A stretch of DNA of 64,000 nt. Source: an uncultured Candidatus Saccharibacteria bacterium. GTDB taxonomy: Bacteria; Patescibacteriota; Saccharimonadia; Saccharimonadales; Saccharimonadaceae. The stretch lies in the NCBI GenBank assembly GCA_963527005.1, contig CAURPQ010000003.1, positions 12,486-76,485 on the forward strand, given 5' to 3'. The notes beneath the pieces are model-generated. The model was not told the DNA's origin, searched no databases, and was given only the letters and a program-made list of their open reading frames with translations. The translations under genes were made by a program, and so were the position numbers. Below, one piece after another: positions 1 to 8,599 of the stretch (positions are counted from its first letter, which is position 1; each line of letters opens with the position of its first letter).

Positions 1-244
1 ACCGTCGTGTACCATCTTCCAAATCCGCTTCTTCACCATCAAGATCCAAAACATAGATCGACAACTCTCCTTTCGTTTGCACCAGAAAATCCCGTATCAG
101 CATCCGATTGCCAATCCCTTCAAGGACTACATTATGCGGCAGCACCGCGGCCTGATCTCTAATCTTTGCAGAATCTTTTTGCTCTAATCCAGCCAGAAAA
201 TCACCAGATAAAAAATCAGAAGCTTTTTGCGGTAACTTCTCCAT
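1..244 (-). CDS. Hypothetical orphan protein, 5' part (runs off window start)
   Basis: Manual translation MEKLPQKASDFLSGDFLAGLEQKD... is open to base 1; preceded by TGCTATACT-8nt-ATG. Confidence 0.7.
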   Translation of the reverse strand, partial: MEKLPQKASDFLSGDFLAGLEQKDSAKIRDQAAVLPHNVVLEGIGNRMLIRDFLVQTKGELSIYVLDLDGEEADLEDGTRR

Positions 245-248
245 ATTT

Positions 249-1460
249 TCATAGTATAGCATAACCGCTTCCTTGCCTTTCTGCTAATCGCCTGCGCCTA
301 CACTGGCGAGCTCTTTCGATATTAGTCAACTTATAACCGTCTTTGCTATACGGACGTACGATATTTGTTCCCGGAGGCATATACATCTCTCCTCTTGGTT
401 CAGATTTCTTTTCTCTACCTTCGGCGTGCCAAAGCATTCTCCGTATCAACTTCTCGAAATCGTAGTCAACAGAAGAATGAAACCCAGTGATATAAGCTCC
501 GTTCTTTGCTGTTTTAGAATCGTGTGCCGAGAAATACGCTCTAACGGGAATCTTCTTACCATCACCCATCAGCTCATCGACCGAAAGTCCATATTTTATT
601 CTTTGCTCATTAGCTACAATCAACTGCATTTCAATTTGATCTTCTATTTCGGGATATTGATCAACTAGCGAATGATAAACATCTCTAAGCTGCGAGCCGC
701 TAATAGTCCAATCATCCAGTAGCACAACTCGCAAATTTTCTTTTGGCATATTCGCAATATCATCTCGATCAACGATAATCCTATCACCGTATTCTTCCCA
801 ATCTTCTTCAGTAAAATTGGCTAGTATATTATCTAATAAATATTCATCGCTCTTTATCTGATTCTTATTAATTTTAATTTCTCCAGCGATAACACAAATT
901 TGTAAATCGGTATTTGCCTCAAGAGCTGCTTTCCAGCTGGCAGCGATACCAGCCGCTGCTTCTTTGTATTCTTTTTCGCCAATAAATGTCAAATTTTCGC
1001 GCATGGATTTAGCTTCATTTGCATATTTACCGTTTAGGGATGATTCTACATAGGCAAAAAACCCATCAAGCTGGCATAGCGTTTCGTATTCCGTTAATTC
1101 TGCCCTATCACCTCTATACAGATCATCTAATGTAAAAGTTTGTGGGATGCAGCATGTTCTGGGAGTATATGTGATAATATTACTCCTGTCTTCAGCCTTG
1201 CCTGCCAGCTGTTCATCTAAACGCGGAGCAACTTTGACCACTCCCTCTGATTCTAACCGCCAGTATACCTCTTCAGGGCTAATTTCATCGCTCGCTCCAG
1301 CAGGATGAATCTCGACTCCTGAAAACTTTACCGGAGTAAGGCTATATTTGTCGACATACGAACCAGTAGCCTCTATATCTAGCTCAGCATCCGAATCACT
1401 TTCAAGATTATCTTCGCTCTCTCCTGGCAGAAGAAATGTTGTCTCAAGACTTCTTCTCAT
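249..1460 (-). CDS. Orphan protein with phosphoribosyltransferase (PRTase)-like domain and acidic N-terminus
   Basis: Motif VVLLDDWTISGSQL resembles the PRPP-binding loop (hhhhDDhhxSGxT/Q); SD-like AAAGGT upstream. Confidence 0.6.
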   Translation of the reverse strand: MRRSLETTFLLPGESEDNLESDSDAELDIEATGSYVDKYSLTPVKFSGVEIHPAGASDEISPEEVYWRLESEGVVKVAPRLDEQLAGKAEDRSNIITYTPRTCCIPQTFTLDDLYRGDRAELTEYETLCQLDGFFAYVESSLNGKYANEAKSMRENLTFIGEKEYKEAAAGIAASWKAALEANTDLQICVIAGEIKINKNQIKSDEYLLDNILANFTEEDWEEYGDRIIVDRDDIANMPKENLRVVLLDDWTISGSQLRDVYHSLVDQYPEIEDQIEMQLIVANEQRIKYGLSVDELMGDGKKIPVRAYFSAHDSKTAKNGAYITGFHSSVDYDFEKLIRRMLWHAEGREKKSEPRGEMYMPPGTNIVRPYSKDGYKLTNIERARQCRRRRLAERQGSGYAIL

Positions 1461-1471
1461 AAAAATTACCT

Positions 1472-1897
1472 TTAGTCCTTGGATTTTCTACTAACTGCAA
1501 GCTCCTTCCAAATCCGCCCCAACGTGTTACAAGTATCAAGGTTCGCGTCTTGCACGGTAATCTCTTGCATGGTAGCCTCCTGCGGGTCATCTTCACCGGG
1601 AACAATTTTGTACACACGGCATTCGCCAATCCCTCCATTTTCACTAGCCTTGTATTCAATACGATACGTATCAAATTCATCTTCAGACAGATTACCATGA
1701 CTATCAAACCGAGCCAGATTAACATCCATAGAAGCGTCGTCGTCGCCCTGCGCAAAATAATACATCGCACTGGCTATAGCCGCGAAGTATCTCCTCGCAA
1801 ACGCTTCGTAATCGTCGGGATTTTCCCCGATTTCCTGCATAATCAGCTTCGCTTCTGAGACCAACCCGTCGCTACCACCACGTCCTTTTTCGTTCAT
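1472..1897 (-). CDS. Small acidic hypothetical protein
   Basis: 141-aa ORF; ATGA overlap with the upstream gene. Confidence 0.75.
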   Translation of the reverse strand: MNEKGRGGSDGLVSEAKLIMQEIGENPDDYEAFARRYFAAIASAMYYFAQGDDDASMDVNLARFDSHGNLSEDEFDTYRIEYKASENGGIGECRVYKIVPGEDDPQEATMQEITVQDANLDTCNTLGRIWKELAVSRKSKD

Positions 1898-3861
1898 TGT
1901 CTATCCGCTCCTTTCTCGTATACACACGTCCATCCATTCCAGGTCTCCGCCATTGTATGCGTTTCATTTATCCCCCCTTTATCCGTAGTCGCCATATTAA
2001 TATAACCTGTTTCATCTGCCAAGGGATACACTCCTCCATCTAATCCACTAACAACCCTAATCCACGGAAACGCCTTAGAAATCGCCGGCGCTGTACCTCT
2101 GCGCCGCTGAAATCCTTCGCCAAGCGTAAGAGGCTTAAATTTATCCTTTTCTCGCACAAGCGGATGACATGAATTTAGTACGATAGTATCTATTGCCAAA
2201 GCCGTAACGAGGTCGCGCAGACCCTTTCTGTTATACCACTCCTGAGAATCCGGCGGTATTTTTTCGCCATACGACATAGTAAACGCATCTTCGCCGCCAT
2301 GGCCAAACAAAATGACTGAATAAAACGTGCTACTATCAGCACCAGCTTCCTCTAGCTTTTTTACTATACCAGATAGCATGTTGGTATTGCTTATTTCAAC
2401 AGCAAACATATCAGTAGATTTTATGCTGCGAAATGCATGTGCAGCATCGTTGTGATCACCATTATCTCCCCTGATAATTATCGTTGCCGGTTCGCCAGAT
2501 TCTGTACGCCCAGTCTCTAATATATGCAGCGTGCCTCGCAAGACTTCTGGACTCCAGTCGGAAAAATGCGTTATCCCCAGCTCTTCGCCCAGCTTGTTGG
2601 CATTGTCTTGTCCAATCCCGCGGATAGTTTGGATATAATCGCAATATCTGTCCGCCTGCAGGTATATATCCTTAGAGGAGCATGAAGTAACTATGTTCGA
2701 AACACCGCAAAATATCATATCACGATCTAACTCTGGCAAACGTCCCTTGAAGTACTTCTGTATCAAATCGCACCGTTCGGAGACGTCAGGCTTCATCTTA
2801 CCATCATCACCGTAGATCTCTGTCTTTTTTATACAGTATTTGATGATCGCCCGATCAAGCCCCTTTTCCTTATCGCCCTGCTCGTTAACCAGCCGGCGCA
2901 GCGGCTCCGGGAAATCATCTCGATTTCTGGCGTCCTGCGGCCAGCGCTCCGGCGGAAAGCCATGATCTGCCAGCCAGGCTGCGTACTTATCGAATCCACG
3001 CCAACCCATTAAATCTGCAGCAGTCTCAATAGCCTCGGCCACCTCGCCAACAATTATGCCTTCAAATTCTTCAGCTATCTCCCCAGGCAATACTGCTTCG
3101 GCATTCATTAATTTAATTACAGCGCCCTCATGTACATAATCGTAGCCAAAATACTCGCCGCTGTCGCGTCTATCTTTGAGAGAACGTATTGAGCTAACCT
3201 GCTCCTGCATAGCACGCCGGGCACTATCTGCAAGTTTCGGCATATGCTCATAATGCTCTCTGAAAAACGCCGCAACATTCTTTTTTGCCAAATCCAGCAA
3301 AAAAGAATGTGTAAAATAATGGAAGTATTCTTTATCATTATTAAGTCTATCGTCATTCGCCAACAACTCTCTTACATTAGGCACTAGCTTCTCTATTTCT
3401 TCATAATCGCCCCGCGCGATACTTCCTGCGAAATCAGGAAAACTCTTAGGAGCAAAATTGCCGTTAAAGCCATCCACGTCAGCCCAAAATTCCCACTCTC
3501 CATCAATCTTATCAATTCTCTGCTGAGTCAATTCGTCAAGCTCTTCTTCAGCGCGAGAATACTCGTTTTCAGAATCGCCGCTTTCGTTATCTGCAGCCTC
3601 ATGATCCTCATCAGTACTACGCCAGCCAGTCCTTTTCATCAGCCGATACACTAGATCAACCACACCTCTCCCTATCCGCCGCAGACTGGACTTCCGTTCA
3701 TCATGGCTAGCCCCTGCCTCTAATAAAGGCATTCCATCAGACGCAGGAAGAAGCGCTGCTTTACCAAGGTCGCCAGCTTTATCCGACCCTGGCGCCAGCA
3801 GTCTATCGGCGCCAGGTACAGACCCATCTTTGTTAGCAGCGTTAATCAACTCTTCTGTCAT
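1894..3861 (-). CDS. Large orphan protein with C-terminal clan CD (caspase/CHAT-like) cysteine peptidase motifs
   Basis: VILFGHG ... IVLNSC His/Cys dyad pattern; acidic N-terminus. Confidence 0.55.
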   Translation of the reverse strand: MTEELINAANKDGSVPGADRLLAPGSDKAGDLGKAALLPASDGMPLLEAGASHDERKSSLRRIGRGVVDLVYRLMKRTGWRSTDEDHEAADNESGDSENEYSRAEEELDELTQQRIDKIDGEWEFWADVDGFNGNFAPKSFPDFAGSIARGDYEEIEKLVPNVRELLANDDRLNNDKEYFHYFTHSFLLDLAKKNVAAFFREHYEHMPKLADSARRAMQEQVSSIRSLKDRRDSGEYFGYDYVHEGAVIKLMNAEAVLPGEIAEEFEGIIVGEVAEAIETAADLMGWRGFDKYAAWLADHGFPPERWPQDARNRDDFPEPLRRLVNEQGDKEKGLDRAIIKYCIKKTEIYGDDGKMKPDVSERCDLIQKYFKGRLPELDRDMIFCGVSNIVTSCSSKDIYLQADRYCDYIQTIRGIGQDNANKLGEELGITHFSDWSPEVLRGTLHILETGRTESGEPATIIIRGDNGDHNDAAHAFRSIKSTDMFAVEISNTNMLSGIVKKLEEAGADSSTFYSVILFGHGGEDAFTMSYGEKIPPDSQEWYNRKGLRDLVTALAIDTIVLNSCHPLVREKDKFKPLTLGEGFQRRRGTAPAISKAFPWIRVVSGLDGGVYPLADETGYINMATTDKGGINETHTMAETWNGWTCVYEKGADRQ

Positions 3862-3887
3862 ATTTGTTTTAAATTATCAACTGTTAT

Positions 3888-3916
3888 AGTGTAGCACAAA
3901 ATATAAATAATGTCAA
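3888..3916 (-). promoter_or_regulatory. Sigma70 promoter TTGACA-N17-TACACT with extended TG
   Basis: Reverse complement reads TTGACAttatttatattttgtgcTACACT. Confidence 0.75.
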
Positions 3917-3976
3917 ATTCCGTATTAGCTCACGATCTCAGTAGCCCCAACCTTGCAGCCAAAAACCGACCGCGCC

Positions 3977-5074
3977 CTATTTCATTATTATCGGAGCTAT
4001 GGTAACCACGACAGCATATATCACAAGAAATACAGCAGACAACACAAAAACAATAGTACTAATCAACGGCATATAGTTTTTCAAGCGCTTGCCCTGATCG
4101 GCAACAATATTAAGCTGCCAATTGCCAATTCGCTCATCATTATAGTAATCCGTCTGATTGTACAACTTGGCACCCATAATACTCATAATGCAAAACGCTT
4201 TCCATACAAATTCCATCTCTTTTACATAATCAAACTTATTATAGGCACTATAAAAATAAATCTGACTATCCACTATTTCAACATCGCACCACGTCGCACC
4301 ATCAATCAACAGCGCCATTAAATCCGGCGTAAAGATATACAAAGCATCCCGTTCGTAATCTTTTGGCGCATACAGCGTGAAGTAATCGTTAAAACCTCCC
4401 TCCAGGCTAAGCCGTTGATTAGGATCAATATCATCTGGCAAATTATTAAAAACTTTACCGAGAACGTTAACATTATCAACTGTCGAGTCAAGAATAATAT
4501 GCGGCAGATTTCGATTCATGTCAATCCGCAAATATCGCCAATAGCGTGTGGCGTGATCCAATGTAACTTCATTCTCATACCAGCCCATTTGAAAATTAAG
4601 CTTGCCGCCGAGCGTACCGGACAAAACATTACGCGAAATCTTATCGCGTGACCACTCTTCGCGAAAAATAACACCAGAATTATCAGGGTTTTCTACGTAT
4701 GGCATGAAATCAAGCTGATTTAACCCAGCAAATTTACTTAAAGCTGCCATCATGTACCGTTCGCCAGTCGCCCTCTCTGAATCAAATAAAACCCTAATAT
4801 GTCGCCTAATAAGAGCAATGAATGATATATAGATGAAAATAACCATCGGCGCTAATATGAGTTTAAGATTTGCAGGCATCGATGATTCTGGTATTACAAA
4901 AAATCCGCCTATAAAAACACTCATTACGATAGTCATATAAACAATACCCAGCGCTTGGCCAAAAACTCCCTTAGCTTTTCTTTCGACGTTGACGCTTTGG
5001 TAATACTGCCGAAACCACTGTACTTCAGACTCGGACATCGGCGTGTATAGGGGTGAAAAATCTAACTGCTTCAT
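3977..5074 (-). CDS. Membrane protein, DUF3137-like
   Basis: Two N-terminal and one C-terminal TM segments; LEGxFNxxFxLYAP...ALYIFTPDLM motif; leaderless TGCTATAAT-6nt-ATG. Confidence 0.7.
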   Translation of the reverse strand: MKQLDFSPLYTPMSESEVQWFRQYYQSVNVERKAKGVFGQALGIVYMTIVMSVFIGGFFVIPESSMPANLKLILAPMVIFIYISFIALIRRHIRVLFDSERATGERYMMAALSKFAGLNQLDFMPYVENPDNSGVIFREEWSRDKISRNVLSGTLGGKLNFQMGWYENEVTLDHATRYWRYLRIDMNRNLPHIILDSTVDNVNVLGKVFNNLPDDIDPNQRLSLEGGFNDYFTLYAPKDYERDALYIFTPDLMALLIDGATWCDVEIVDSQIYFYSAYNKFDYVKEMEFVWKAFCIMSIMGAKLYNQTDYYNDERIGNWQLNIVADQGKRLKNYMPLISTIVFVLSAVFLVIYAVVVTIAPIIMK

Positions 5075-5095
5075 GCGGTCATTATAGCATTTGAG

Positions 5096-6607
5096 CTAGC
5101 CCAAAACATCCTCCCCAAAATGCTTCTGCAACCGCATGCGAATTGAGCCCTCATGGCGACCAAGCTTTTGACTAAGCTGCTGGATGGTTGCGCCTTGCAA
5201 GAACTCCTGCTTGAGAATGTCATCGTCAGCTTTTTCCCATGGCATATAGGCTTTGGGGTGGGTCTGGCGCATTTTGGCAATTTTTTGCTGCCAACTACTG
5301 GATTTGCCGGATTTTTTTGGCGTTGACTGCTTTCGCTTCATTTCCTCCAGCATCGGACGATAGCGCCTAACTGCCTCATTACTTGCTCGCTGCAACACCT
5401 CATCAATCGCCAGCGCATCCGGCGAAATTTCCAACGCCTTACGATTAATTCCATACAAATACAAATTATCCAAATCACGCACCCGACTGAGAGCCACGTA
5501 GCCCATGCCCTCAACAAACGCTTTTCTCAGGTCAATTTTTGCCGCGTCCAAGGTCATGCCTTGGCTTTTATGCACGGTGATGGCCCACGCAAGGCGCAGT
5601 GGCACCTGGGAAATACTGGCGCGCTTGCGCTCACCGTCACGCAATTCCCACACATCCGGCACCATGGTCACCTGCTGTCCACTACGAAACTCTACAATTG
5701 GATAGTCCGTCAGTGGCTCAAAGTCCACCACCGTACCGATGCTGCCATTGGCGTACAATTTCTGCGGCGAATTTTTCACGGCCATCACCAACGCACCTGG
5801 TTTTAACACGAGTTCGCTCGGCGCCAGCACCGACCGCTGCAGACTCTCGACATACACTTTTGAACCAGTCGTCGTCTGCTGGTACGTTCGCTCCTCGCCC
5901 GCCAGCTCCGCCAGCTTCTGGCTGTTGATAGCATCAACATCAACATTGACGGTGTGTAGTTCGGTGATGTCACCATCAGGCGGCTGAACTTCCGTTCGCG
6001 CCAGCAACATCTCGGCGTGATGCCGCCTAATATTATCATTTCTCAGTGCTGTCAAAATCTCCAGCAGCTGCTCGTCATTTTGCCGGTATTGCCGCTCCAA
6101 ATACAGCACCGCCGGCTGTAATTCCTGCCACGCCTCCGAATACACTACGAAACCGCCACCCTGCTCGCCCGGACGATTGATTGGCGGTAATTGGAAAAAA
6201 TCACCGCTCATCACCAGCTGCACGCCGCCAAATGGCTGGTCATTTTCCCGGACACCACGCAGCACCCGATCAACCATGTCCAGCCGGAAATCATGCAGCA
6301 TGGAAATCTCGTCAATCACCAGCACATCAGTCTTGGTAATCACCTCACGCCGCGTTTTTGACAGCCGATCAAAAAAGTTGTTCGCGAGATGATCACTAAC
6401 GCCAATACCGCTCCAACTATGAATGGTATTGCCGCCCAAATGCGTCGCCGCCAAGCCCGTCGTCGCTGTTACCGACACCTTTTTACCCTGGTCACGCGCC
6501 TGTGCAATAAAAGTATTCAGCAGGTGCGTTTTGCCCGTACCGGCCGCGCCCGTCAGCAGCGCCGACCGACCACTCATTAAAATCGCCAGCGCCAATTCTT
6601 GATCCAT
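5096..6607 (-). CDS. Pif1-family SF1B DNA helicase with C-terminal HTH
   Basis: GAAGTGKT, IDEISML, GDFFQLPP, LAWAITVHKSQGMT and YVALSR motifs. Confidence 0.92.
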   Translation of the reverse strand: MDQELALAILMSGRSALLTGAAGTGKTHLLNTFIAQARDQGKKVSVTATTGLAATHLGGNTIHSWSGIGVSDHLANNFFDRLSKTRREVITKTDVLVIDEISMLHDFRLDMVDRVLRGVRENDQPFGGVQLVMSGDFFQLPPINRPGEQGGGFVVYSEAWQELQPAVLYLERQYRQNDEQLLEILTALRNDNIRRHHAEMLLARTEVQPPDGDITELHTVNVDVDAINSQKLAELAGEERTYQQTTTGSKVYVESLQRSVLAPSELVLKPGALVMAVKNSPQKLYANGSIGTVVDFEPLTDYPIVEFRSGQQVTMVPDVWELRDGERKRASISQVPLRLAWAITVHKSQGMTLDAAKIDLRKAFVEGMGYVALSRVRDLDNLYLYGINRKALEISPDALAIDEVLQRASNEAVRRYRPMLEEMKRKQSTPKKSGKSSSWQQKIAKMRQTHPKAYMPWEKADDDILKQEFLQGATIQQLSQKLGRHEGSIRMRLQKHFGEDVLG

Positions 6608-6609
6608 GC

Positions 6610-7587
6610 TTAACCTCGTGGCGGTTCGCCCTCAGGCTCGCCCAGCAGTTTTTTCGATTTAATTTCATAGCGCTTGCCGGTAATTTTACTCTCAATGTAA
6701 TCCTCGTTGATCAGGTTCACGAACATATCCAGGTCATTGCCATCCATAATGATAATCGCGCCGTTGTCATCGCTCATCAGCTCCAATTGCATCTCGTCAG
6801 CATAGTCTAACACCTGCTCCTGTTTGACCTCGCCGATCTCCAATTTCTGCAGTTTATTGATGGTCTTTTTGCGCTCCTTGACCAGCGCATTTAGATCCAA
6901 GCCCTCTGGGAAACTCAATTTATATTCCTTTTCAATCTCCGCCACTTTCTTATCAGCAATCACCTGCTTCTTATACTCATAGCCAAACATCCGCTCAAAC
7001 TTTGAAGGATTAAATGCAAATATATCCTGACCGATGATCAACACCTGGTTATCATCTGGTACCTTAAACCCAACCTCCGCCTTAAACGCGCCAAACTTGC
7101 CGTCAGAAAACTCCCACGCCAGTGCGCTTTTGAGCGTCTGTCCCTGCTGGATCAATTTGGCTGTATAAAAGATTCTTTCTGGATCATGTGGATCGGTAAA
7201 CCGCGCCAGTACGCCCTTCATTCGCTTAAACTCATGCTCGGTTTCCGAAAATTCCACGATGTCATCACGCTCGTGCTCAATCAAATGAATCAGGGTTTCC
7301 GCTCGACCAACCTTGGCGAGGTCTGTCCGCAGCAGCATGTTTTCTTCCGCTTCGCTCAATTCATAATCCCGCACGCTAAGGCCAGTGCCCGCCCCCAAAT
7401 TAACTTGATTGATATAATCAAACAAAAATAGCGGACGGAGCTGCTGCTCGACATCACCCTTCAAGGGCATAAAATATGGCGTGTAATTTTTATTAAATAA
7501 GAACAGTTCAATCTGTAAGTCATTCTTCTTCGCATCAGTTTGATTGGCCCACAAAAAAATATCAGTCGTTTCCCTCACTTCTTCCAT
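6610..7587 (-). CDS. Kiwa KwaB-like (DUF4868-like) protein
   Basis: Family recognised from memory; C-terminal FE.MF...LINEDYIES.ITG..Y pattern; 2-nt gap to the helicase. Confidence 0.6.
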   Translation of the reverse strand: MEEVRETTDIFLWANQTDAKKNDLQIELFLFNKNYTPYFMPLKGDVEQQLRPLFLFDYINQVNLGAGTGLSVRDYELSEAEENMLLRTDLAKVGRAETLIHLIEHERDDIVEFSETEHEFKRMKGVLARFTDPHDPERIFYTAKLIQQGQTLKSALAWEFSDGKFGAFKAEVGFKVPDDNQVLIIGQDIFAFNPSKFERMFGYEYKKQVIADKKVAEIEKEYKLSFPEGLDLNALVKERKKTINKLQKLEIGEVKQEQVLDYADEMQLELMSDDNGAIIIMDGNDLDMFVNLINEDYIESKITGKRYEIKSKKLLGEPEGEPPRG

Positions 7588-7629
7588 TACCCCAGTATAG
7601 CACGCAAGAAGAAACGGCGTCCAGAAAAT

Positions 7630-8148
7630 TTATTCTCGGTCGACTATAACTCTTCTACCTATCTTTTTATTTAATTGCCGCATCTGTGGAACTCCAAACA
7701 CCAAATCACTCGGATCGCTCAGATTGTCAATCTCCTCTCGCGACATGTCTAGCAGCCCCCCCAACGCTAAACTAGCCATATAAGCGGAGGCCGCGGTCTG
7801 TTGCGGCGTCAAATTTGACCTATCACGCATATTTAACAGCATACAAGCTACTTCTAATCGCCTCTCTCTCCTCGCACGAGAAAATCCTGCGGAAGAACCG
7901 CGTATTATCGCTTGAGAATACGCCATCTCGCCAGGTAACGGTATACAGCCAGCTGCTACATCCATTTTATGTAACAATACGCCATGAAACCCACAATCAC
8001 CCAGCCCCATCGTAACGCGTATTCCATCCTCCTTTGGCTCTATTTCAGTAACAACCCCTATAAATCCTAGGTCATCTCCAGGACGATCAAAAAAGAGCTT
8101 TGCGTCAGCTCGCACCACAGTAAGATCTGCTGAATACAACCTATTCAT
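7630..8148 (-). CDS. Orphan hypothetical protein (distant paralog of 12124-12704)
   Basis: 172-aa ORF; own promoter TTGACT-N17-TACAAC-6nt-ATG. Confidence 0.75.
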   Translation of the reverse strand: MNRLYSADLTVVRADAKLFFDRPGDDLGFIGVVTEIEPKEDGIRVTMGLGDCGFHGVLLHKMDVAAGCIPLPGEMAYSQAIIRGSSAGFSRARRERRLEVACMLLNMRDRSNLTPQQTAASAYMASLALGGLLDMSREEIDNLSDPSDLVFGVPQMRQLNKKIGRRVIVDRE

Positions 8149-8171
8149 CTTTCTGTTGTAACATAAATTAG

Positions 8172-8597
8172 TTATTTAGTCAATTTTTCGCCTAGCCGCG
8201 CTCGATTGGCCCACTCATCCGCCAGCTCATTTCCCTCATCACCCTCATGGCCGCGCACCCAGAGGAGCTCCGCCTGCGACTGCACATATAACTCGTATAA
8301 TTCCTGTACGATATCCAGATTCTTAATCTCGCCGCCCTTCTTCGTCCAGCCGCGCTTTTCCCAGCCTGGCGCCCACTTGGTCACCACATTGATCCAAAAT
8401 TCGCTGTCAGTATAAATCACACACGGCGCACCGGCTGCATCCTGAAGCGCCGCAATCAGCGCCTTGCCTTCCATACGAATGTTGGTCGTCTCGCCGTCCT
8501 CTGAGCCTAAAATCCACGGCTCAAGATCACGAATCACCGCGAACCCGCCCGGACCGGGATTTGGCGAAGCAGAACCGTCAGTATAATATATTGTCAT
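8172..8597 (-). CDS. rnhA: Ribonuclease HI
   Basis: YTDGS..NPGPGG, TTNIRME, YTDS, WVRGH...GNELAD. Confidence 0.95.
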   Translation of the reverse strand: MTIYYTDGSASPNPGPGGFAVIRDLEPWILGSEDGETTNIRMEGKALIAALQDAAGAPCVIYTDSEFWINVVTKWAPGWEKRGWTKKGGEIKNLDIVQELYELYVQSQAELLWVRGHEGDEGNELADEWANRARLGEKLTK

Positions 8598-8599
8598 TA

